This document shows, one piece after another, positions 18,645-25,136 of a stretch of DNA of 32,000 nt. Position 1 is the first letter of the stretch. Each line of letters opens with the position of its first letter. The notes under the pieces were generated by a model, which saw only the letters and a list, made by a program, of their open reading frames with translations, did no database searches and was not told the origin of the DNA. The stretch comes from an uncultured Alphaproteobacteria bacterium (GTDB lineage Bacteria > Pseudomonadota > Alphaproteobacteria > CAWJRW01), in NCBI GenBank assembly GCA_963845385.1, contig CAWJRW010000006.1, positions 1,142,274-1,174,273 of the forward strand, given 5' to 3'. The position numbers and the translations under genes were made by a program.

Positions 18645-19994
18645 ATGACCGAGCAGGGCCAAGCGTCGATCGCGTTCATCAGTTACGCCACCCAAGACCG
18701 CGACAAGGCGTTCGAGATTTGCCGCCAGCTCGAGACGCGCGGGCAAAAATGCTGGATCGCGCCGCGCGACGTGCGCGCGGGTCGCGAATACGCCGACGAG
18801 CTCGTGAGCGGCATCGAGCGCGCGCAGGCGCTCGTGCTTGTCCTCTCGAGCGCGGCGAACGATTCCATCTTCGTGCGCCGCGAGGTCGAGCGCGCGGTCA
18901 GCAAAAAGAAGCCGGTCTTTCCCATCCGCATCGAGAACGTGGCGCCCTCGCCTTCGCTTGAATTCTTCGTCTCTTCGACGCACTGGATCGACGCCTGGTC
19001 GGGCGGCTTGTCCGATCACATGGACCTGCTCGCCCGCGATCTTTCGGGCGGCACGTTCGTCATCGCCGAGCCTTCGCCGTTGAAGAAGCAAATTCGCCGC
19101 TGGCAGAACCTCTTGCGTGGTCCCATGCTGATCTATGCCGGCGTCGCCGCGGCGCTCGTCATCGGCGGCATCATCTTCCTCACCCGGGCGCCGAGCGAGG
19201 AGGCGCTCTACGACCGCCAATCCTGGCAGCAGGCCGCGCTCGCCGACACCGTCGACGCCTACAGCACTTATATCCGGCTCGTTCCCGAGGGGCGGCACGT
19301 GCGCGAGGCCAAGCGCCGCGTCGAAACGATGAAGGAAGCCGAAGCCGAGCGCGCCATCCGCACTCAGATCCAAGGGATGCTCGCGAGCTTGGGCTACGAC
19401 GCCGGGCCCGCCGATAACCCGATGAACGACAAGCTCGAAAGCGCGGTGCGGGAGTTTCAGGCGGACAACGCGCTCGGCGTGAACGGCAAAATGACGCCCG
19501 ATCTCGCTGCCGAGCTCAACAAGGTGCGCGGCGCGAAAGCGCCGGAAATCGCCGCGCGCGAACAAGCCTTGGTCAAGAAATCGCGCGTGGCCTATGAGAA
19601 CTTCTTGAGCCGCTTTGCCACCGGCCGCATGGCCGACGACATCCGCGCGCGGCTCGCAAGCTGTCGCACCGAGACCGGGCCCACGACGCGCCAGAAGACG
19701 AGCCAAGTCTCCGCGCAGGGACGCGGCAGCGCAGGCGCCGGCGGGAGCGCGTGTCAGATCGCCGAGAACAATGCGCGGGCCGAGATTCAGTCCGCTTGTC
19801 CGGGCGGCGTCCTGGGCCGGGTCGCGGTAAACTCTTCGCCGGACGCGGGCTCTGCGGCCCTTGGCATCATGGGCAGCATTCTCGGCGGCGCCACGAACCG
19901 CAACGTCAATGTGCAGGCGGCCTGCACGGCGACAGCGAGTGCCAACTGCACCCGCGTCGTAACCGAATCGGCGACCCGGGAAGTCTGCGACTGA
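18645..19994 (+). CDS. TIR-domain protein, single-pass membrane anchor, periplasmic PG_binding_1 domain and Cys-rich tail
   Basis: ATG 18645 is preceded by GAGGGGGA. TIR_2-type motifs: IAFISYATQDRDKAFEI, GQKCWIAPRDVRAGREY, ALVLVLSSAANDSIFVRREVERA (conserved Glu codon at 18882-18884), PVFPIRIE, THWIDAW. A positively charged KKQIRRWQNLLRG precedes the TM helix MLIYAGVAAALVIGGIIFL. PG-binding motif: IQGMLASLGYDAGPADNPMNDKLESAVREFQADNALGVNGKMTPDLAAEL. The last 110 residues contain six Cys. Confidence 0.9.
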   Translation: MTEQGQASIAFISYATQDRDKAFEICRQLETRGQKCWIAPRDVRAGREYADELVSGIERAQALVLVLSSAANDSIFVRREVERAVSKKKPVFPIRIENVAPSPSLEFFVSSTHWIDAWSGGLSDHMDLLARDLSGGTFVIAEPSPLKKQIRRWQNLLRGPMLIYAGVAAALVIGGIIFLTRAPSEEALYDRQSWQQAALADTVDAYSTYIRLVPEGRHVREAKRRVETMKEAEAERAIRTQIQGMLASLGYDAGPADNPMNDKLESAVREFQADNALGVNGKMTPDLAAELNKVRGAKAPEIAAREQALVKKSRVAYENFLSRFATGRMADDIRARLASCRTETGPTTRQKTSQVSAQGRGSAGAGGSACQIAENNARAEIQSACPGGVLGRVAVNSSPDAGSAALGIMGSILGGATNRNVNVQAACTATASANCTRVVTESATREVCD

Positions 19995-20095
19995 AAGCGC
20001 CCGAACAAAGCCGCGCGGCGGAGATTCACATCTCCGCAAGCTCGGAGCCGGGCTCCGCGGCCGAGCGGGCCGCAGCGGGGCGGCTATCCCCCGCA

Positions 20096-21934
20096 CTGCA
20101 TCCGCGCCTCACCTTACGCATCGGCGTCACGGGCCATCGCCTCGGCGGCGAGCGGCTTTCGCAAGACCATCTGCCGGCGATCGAGAAAGCGGTTGCACAC
20201 ATTCTCCTCGTCATCCGCGGCGCCCTCGATGAAGTGCTGATAAAGAACCACGAAATCTTCGCCGCCGCGCCGCCGCTCATCCGCTTCGTCTCGCCGCTCG
20301 CCGAGGGCGCCGATCAGTCGGCGGCCAAGGCCGCGCTCGCCGCAGGCGTCGAGCTCGAATGTCCGCTTCCTTTTGCACGCCGTGATTACGCGCGCGACTT
20401 CAAGAACTTCTTTCGTCGCGCCGCGAATTCTATCGTCTGGTGCGCGCCGCGTCGGCGGTGTTCCAGCTTCCGGGGCGCCGCCGCGACGAGGAGGAAGCCT
20501 ACGAGACGGTGGGCCTGATCACGCTGCGCCAGAGCGATCTCGTTGATCGCAGTCTGGGACGGCAACCTCAAACAGCCTCGGCGCGGCGGCACGGCGGAAA
20601 TGGTGATCAAGGCCTTCGAGAGCGGCATTCCCGTGCTCTGGCTGCACCCCGCGCATCCGGAGCCCCGGCTGCTCGAAAAGGAGGACGCAGCCTTCGGCAC
20701 GACGCTGTGGGAGCTCGTCGCCCAAGGCGGGCAAGACATCGACGATGCGGGCATTCAAACGCTCGTCCACGGTCTCGCCGCCCCGCCGGGCAGCTTCAAG
20801 AGCGAGCGGAATCCTATACAGAGGGAAGCGCGCGCGCGCCTTTGCGCCTTTCTCGGCGAGACGGAAAAATCCGCGCCGCGCCTATGGCTCGCCTATCCGC
20901 TGCTCATCCGCCTCCTCGGAAACAAGCGCGGCGCGCCGCAGCGTCAATCGGCAAGCTTGCGCGAGACCCTCTCCGCGCCGCCGGCCAAGATTCGCAATCT
21001 CGACGCCGCGCGCGCGCTGATCGATACGCGTTACAGCCGCCCCGATCGCCTGAGCGTCCATCTCGGCCAGGTCTATCGCTCGGGCTATGTCATGAATTAT
21101 CTGCTCGCCGCGCTCGCCGTTTTCTTAGCGCTCGCCGGCATCGTCTGGGACCACGACCTCAAGCCGATATGGACCGATCTCGAGCTCGCCGTCATCTCCT
21201 TCATCCTGGCCGTGACCCTGATCGGGAACCGTTTGCGCTGGCATGATCGCTGGCTCGATTATCGCCAGCTCGCCGAGCAGCTTCGCCATTTGCGCTTCCT
21301 GTGCTTTGCGGGCGCACGAACCGAAGACGCGCGCGTGCCCCATGTCAGCGAGGCGATCAAGCCCGGGTCGGCCTGGGCCAGTTGGTATTACCGCGCGAGC
21401 TTGCGCGAATTGCCCATGCTGCATGCGCGCGTCGACCACGCCTATGTCGGCATGCTGAGCGAAGCCGTGGTGAGCGAGATCGAGGAGCAGGCGCATTACC
21501 ACGCGCTCAACGCGCATCGGCTCAAGCATGTCCACGAGGCCCTGCACTATGCGGGAAATTTCTTCTTCGTGCTCACCGCCGTGACCTGTCTCGCGTTCGC
21601 CACGTTTGCGGCGGCGAACAGCGCCTGGCACTTTGCGGGCGCCACGCTCCTGAACTGGGTCATGGCGAGGGTAAGCTTGCTCGGCGGGCTTTTGCCCGCG
21701 ATCGGTGCCGCGCTTTACGGCATCCGCATCCAAGGCGACTTCAAGGCCGCAGCCGAACGCTCGGCCGTGGTCGCGGCGCGCCTGTCGTCCCTCATGCGCG
21801 ACCTCGGCGGAAAACATCCCACCTCATTCGCCAAGGCCGCGCGCATCGCCGACGAGGCCGCCAATATCATGACGGCCGAGCTCTCCGATTGGAGCATGAT
21901 CTTTCGCGAGAAGCCGCTGTCGCTGCCTGCGTGA
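20096..21934 (+). CDS. SLOG (LOG/YpsA-like) domain fused to two SLATT/DUF4231-like 2TM modules; two compensating frameshifts; start codon unresolved
   Basis: Frame A (ORF 19751..20518): LRIGVTGHRLGGERL...LIRFVSPLAEGADQSAAKAALAAGVELECPLPFARRDYARDFKNFF. Frame B (ORF 20440..21246), about 20425-20540: EFYRLVRAASAVFQLPGRRRDEEEAYETVGLITLRQSDL. Frame C (ORF 20543..21934): IAVWDGNLKQPRRGGTAEMVIKAFESGIPVLWL. Then come TM pairs YVMNYLLAALAVFLALAGIVW / LELAVISFILAVTLIG followed by RWHDRWLDYRQLAEQLRHLRF. A second unit follows: EQAHYHALNAHRLKHV, FFFVLTAVTCLAFATFAA / VSLLGGLLPAIGAALYGI. There is no ATG, GTG or TTG in any frame between 19995 and 20125. CTG 20096 is used here only as a placeholder start. Confidence 0.75.
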
Positions 21935-23338
21935 GGGAGCGGCGCTCACGGTGTCCAGTCCGCCCCGAGGCTCGGCCTCACGCGCAAGCCCAATTCTTGC
22001 CAAACGTCGAGCCAAGCCAAGACGGCGGGCGCCGCCCACCCCGCCATCGCATGGGCTTCCGCTAGCTCCTCGCATCTCTTCCGAATTCAGTCCCGAGCCT
22101 CCGAAGGAGATCCCCTTGCCGATATAGTTCGTCTTTCCGACAAGCGTGACAAACTCTTCGCCCACGATTTGCGGCAGACGCGAACCGCCCGATGCCGTGT
22201 TGTTGTCGTAGATGCAATTGTAGGAAAAGCTCGCAAGCGGCGTGGCGGCGCCCGAAGAATAGGATGGGCTTGCCAGCCCGCCCGAGGCGGCAACGCCTGC
22301 GCCCACATTTCGCGCGATGACATTGTTTTCAAAGCTCGGCTCGATGAAGCCTCCTGGAATGTAGCCGCCTGCCCCGTAGGACGAGCTGTAGCCGTCTTGC
22401 TGTCCCGGGAGTCCCGAACTGCCGAGCTGGCTCGCGCCCGCGCCGTAAGTGAGCCCGTCGTCCATGCTCTCATTAAGGCTCGACTGCGCCGCGAAGTCCG
22501 CAAATTCGTCGACCGGCTTCTCGGAATAGATGAGCTGGACGCCGGTGCCATTCTTGTAAACGAGATTTGACGAATACGTGCCCCCGCCATTGATATTGAC
22601 AATGCCTGTTCCCGCGTTCCGATGAATGAGGTTTTGGGCGGCATAGAGCTGGGCGCCGCCGCTCACGACGAGCGCGACCACATTGTCGTCGATGTCGTTG
22701 CCGGCGACGAAATGCTGTCCCGCACCAGTGTTGCGCAGGACGATGCCCACCTTCGACCTTGCGATGTAATTGCCATCGATAGACGACTTCGGGCCGCGAA
22801 TGACGACCGCGTCCGTATCGGGCGTGCCGACAACGGTGCTTCTGCTGAGCACGAAGTCCGACGCGATGACGTCGATGCAGGGCGCATTCTGGTCTGAGCT
22901 CGCGAGCACGACGAGGCCGCGGATCCTGACCGTGCCCTGCGTCACCTTCACGCGAATGCAGGGATTGGCCGCGTTCGTGGCGGAGAGCCGCACCGTTCCG
23001 GAGCGAACCGCGACGAGGGTCAGAGGTTTCCTGATGACCAGGTTGCCCTCGTATTTCCCCGCCTCGATGCGCACCACGCCCGAGGGCTTGGTCCTGTCGA
23101 TCGCATTCTGAATGCTGTCGCCCGGCTTGACCCTGGTTTCGCTTTCGCCGCCGGCATAGGGAGAGGGATAGAACGGAAAGTCGGGCGGCGCGGGTACCGC
23201 ATCCGAGCAGCACGCGGCAGCCGCCATCGAGCTCTTGACGATTAAGAGCGCGAGCAACAACAGCGGCAGGAAAGAGCGCCTTCTCGCATGCCGCATAAGA
23301 GCAAGCCGTTCGCGCATGACCTGTTCCCCCAACTTCAT
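21824..23338 (-). CDS. secreted right-handed parallel beta-helix repeat protein (C-terminal boundary doubtful)
   Basis: ATG 23338 is preceded by AGAGG 7 nt upstream. Signal peptide is RRRSFLPLLLLALLIVKSSMAAAA. Repeated beta-helix rungs are visible (GNLVIRKP, VRIRGLVVLASS, AVVIRGPKSSIDGNYI, VGIVLRNTGAGQHFVAGNDI, ALVVSGGAQLYAAQNLI, GTGIVNINGGG, GTGVQLIY), followed by a Gly/Ser-rich region. The last 80 or so codons (below about 22060) are Arg/Gly/Ala-rich and overlap the convergent gene by 111 nt. The true stop may therefore lie near 22060-22090. Confidence 0.7.
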   Translation of the reverse strand: MKLGEQVMRERLALMRHARRRSFLPLLLLALLIVKSSMAAAACCSDAVPAPPDFPFYPSPYAGGESETRVKPGDSIQNAIDRTKPSGVVRIEAGKYEGNLVIRKPLTLVAVRSGTVRLSATNAANPCIRVKVTQGTVRIRGLVVLASSDQNAPCIDVIASDFVLSRSTVVGTPDTDAVVIRGPKSSIDGNYIARSKVGIVLRNTGAGQHFVAGNDIDDNVVALVVSGGAQLYAAQNLIHRNAGTGIVNINGGGTYSSNLVYKNGTGVQLIYSEKPVDEFADFAAQSSLNESMDDGLTYGAGASQLGSSGLPGQQDGYSSSYGAGGYIPGGFIEPSFENNVIARNVGAGVAASGGLASPSYSSGAATPLASFSYNCIYDNNTASGGSRLPQIVGEEFVTLVGKTNYIGKGISFGGSGLNSEEMRGASGSPCDGGVGGARRLGLARRLARIGLAREAEPRGGLDTVSAAPSRRQRQRLLAKDHAPIGELGRHDIGGLVGDARGLGE

Positions 23339-23356
23339 CGTGCCGCCTCTTCTCGT

Positions 23357-24877
23357 CTAGCGCGCGTCATCCATGGGTTTCGCTCGCGGAGAAGCCGTCT
23401 CTGCCCCTTGCTTCGGACAAGTGGCGCTGGCTTTCGCACTGCTTTCATCGGACCAATTCACTTCCTTGAGCCTGCAGGCGATCTCCTGCTTGTTCGGATA
23501 TTCGGCCTCGCGCGCGGCCAGGAAATAGGTCGCGGCCTGGCCGAAATCGACGCGGACGCCGAGCCCGTCGCGATACATGATCCCGAGATTGTAGAGCGCG
23601 TAAGGATGCCGCTGGTTCGCAGCCTTTTCGAACCAGGTGCGCGCACGGGGATAGCTCACCGGCACGCCATAGCCGTAGTGGTACATGTAGCCGAGCGTGA
23701 ATTGGCTCGGCGCAAATCCGTTCACGGCCGCGGTCCGGATGAGCTTGACGGCTTGAGGCGGCATGAGCTCGCCCGTGACCGGGCCGCCGAGGGACGCCTG
23801 ATAGGCGAGCGTCGCCTTGCGCGTCGTGGGCCCGCACGCATTGTCGATTTCACCGCGATAGAAGCCAACCTCCCGCAACGCTCTCTGGAACGACGCGCAC
23901 TCGATCTTGCCGATGCGGGCGAGCGCGGCTTCCTTGAGAGAGTCGACGCGCGACTCGTCGCTGTAGGGCTTGGGATAGACCTCGAAGGGCGGCTCCCACA
24001 GCTCGGCCATCCAATCGGCCGCGTCCTTGATCTCGCCGCAGTAGTGCTCGTAGCTCGCCCCGGACGACGCCGGAGGACTTCCGCTCTGCGGCGACGTACA
24101 GGACTTGCCATTCACGAGCTGCTCGACCTTTTTTTTCGCGGTCGCGGCATATTTGTAGCCGAGCTCCTCGGCGATCATGAAATAGGCAAGCCCGTCGATG
24201 GGATCTTCTTCAAAAACGCTGGCCGACGGGGATCGCGCCACCGCGTCGTTCGGGTACCGGCAGAGAACACTGTCGGCGACGGCCGGCACTTCGTTCGTCG
24301 CCGGGTTCCAATTCAACATGCGCGGGCAAGCGAAATAGATCTCGCCCAACCGGTAAAAGCCCTCCGCACCCCGGCTCGCCAGAATGTAGATGATGCGCTG
24401 CTCGGCATCGCGCCTCTGCGTCGAGGTCATTTGGTTGTAGATCCGCGGCATGTCGTTCTTGAAGCGATCGGAAAGGCGCGTGCTCAGTTCCTGGGTGAGG
24501 ACCGTCAGGGTGCCCTGGGATCGCTGTTTGTTGATGAGGGCGAGGTACGTCCACACATAGGCTTCGACCACATCCCGGGGTACATACTGCAGCGCCAGCT
24601 TCCTGCCGCTCGCGCTCTTCCCCGTCATCGCGGTCTTTGCCGGAAAATACAGATCAGCGAGCTGGAGCTGGGCGTCGATGTCGTCGTTGACCCAGGCCGC
24701 GTCGCGCCAGAGCGAGATGGCGCGCGCATAGTCGCCCTGCTCGAAGGCGCGCGCACCCTCGGCATATTCGGCGGCGGGGGCCGGAGTGGCCCGCGTCAGG
24801 CAGGCTAGGAGAGCGAGAAGGACGCCCGCGCGGCGCAAGACGCACAGGACGCCAGCCTTTGGATCGCTGTCCCCCAA
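23357..24877 (-). CDS. secreted Sel1-like repeat (TPR-family) protein with an internal PG_binding_1 domain
   Basis: Signal peptide LRRAGVLLALLACLTRATPAPAAE. The start is TTG 24877 or the in-frame TTG at 24838. Sel1-type repeats: EGARAFEQGDYARAISLWRDAA and GYMYHYGYGVPVSYPRARTWFEKAANQRHPYALYNLGIMYRDGLGVRVDFGQAATYF. PG-binding motif: FQRALREVGFYRGEIDNACGPTTRKATLAYQASLGGPVTGEL. Confidence 0.85.
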   Translation of the reverse strand: MGDSDPKAGVLCVLRRAGVLLALLACLTRATPAPAAEYAEGARAFEQGDYARAISLWRDAAWVNDDIDAQLQLADLYFPAKTAMTGKSASGRKLALQYVPRDVVEAYVWTYLALINKQRSQGTLTVLTQELSTRLSDRFKNDMPRIYNQMTSTQRRDAEQRIIYILASRGAEGFYRLGEIYFACPRMLNWNPATNEVPAVADSVLCRYPNDAVARSPSASVFEEDPIDGLAYFMIAEELGYKYAATAKKKVEQLVNGKSCTSPQSGSPPASSGASYEHYCGEIKDAADWMAELWEPPFEVYPKPYSDESRVDSLKEAALARIGKIECASFQRALREVGFYRGEIDNACGPTTRKATLAYQASLGGPVTGELMPPQAVKLIRTAAVNGFAPSQFTLGYMYHYGYGVPVSYPRARTWFEKAANQRHPYALYNLGIMYRDGLGVRVDFGQAATYFLAAREAEYPNKQEIACRLKEVNWSDESSAKASATCPKQGAETASPRAKPMDDAR

Positions 24878-24934
24878 GGTCCCCCCACTCGCCTCACGCC
24901 AAGCGTCTGAAATTGATTTATTTTTTCTTGCCGT

Positions 24935-24952
24935 TGTTAATTTAGGTTAACA
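24935..24952. promoter_or_regulatory. palindrome TGTTAA-N6-TTAACA inside an AT-rich patch of the divergent intergenic region
   Basis: tgttaa (24935-24940) and ttaaca (24947-24952) are perfect inverted 6-mers. They sit in a stretch of about 45 nt (24908-52) that is roughly 25 percent G+C by hand count, in an otherwise GC-rich window. The patch lies between the Sel1-like gene (-) and the CaCA-like gene (+). Confidence 0.3.
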
Positions 24953-25136
24953 TGGCGTATCGAGCCAGACAAGCGAACGGGCTTGGCTAGGCGAGAGGGG
25001 CGCGTTTCGTCGAGCGTGCAAGAAAGCCACGCTGCCGGGCTTGACGGTTGTCGCGGGTCGATAAGCCCGGGCAAATGCGGGGTGTTTGGGTGGGGCGGCT
25101 TTACGAGACGCGCCGGCGTACCGGGGGGTTTGGCGC

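Noticed and set aside
18576-20096. 506-aa minus-strand ORF opposite the TIR gene. Similar long antisense ORFs occur at 15998..16981, 17291..18337, 23288..24808 and 26007..27452.
   Set aside because: All are Arg/Ala/Gly-rich, lack motifs, and overlap sense-strand ORFs with strong domain signatures. They are treated as GC-driven shadow ORFs.
19751-20518. Using the ATG-equivalent at 19751, or TTG at about 19795, as the start of the SLOG-SLATT gene; or fusing it to the TIR ORF
   Set aside because: This would overlap the TIR gene by 200-240 nt with junk-like sequence (MSDRREQCAGRDSV...). The TIR ORF is in a different frame and its C-terminus is predicted to be periplasmic, so a fusion makes no topological sense. 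The start is left unresolved.
16016-21934. Calling the island a canonical Thoeris, CBASS or Pycsar system
   Set aside because: I could see no SIR2 or Macro ThsA-type effector, no CD-NTase/SMODS nucleotidyltransferase and no cyclase. Only the TIR plus SLOG logic is shared, so I describe it as Thoeris-like and unclassified.
15883-22060. Mobile-element hallmarks around the island (integrase, transposase, tRNA target, flanking direct repeats, GC drop)
   Set aside because: I found none by eye. The flanks share no obvious repeat of 10 nt or more, and the island is as GC-rich as its surroundings. I make no horizontal-transfer claim.
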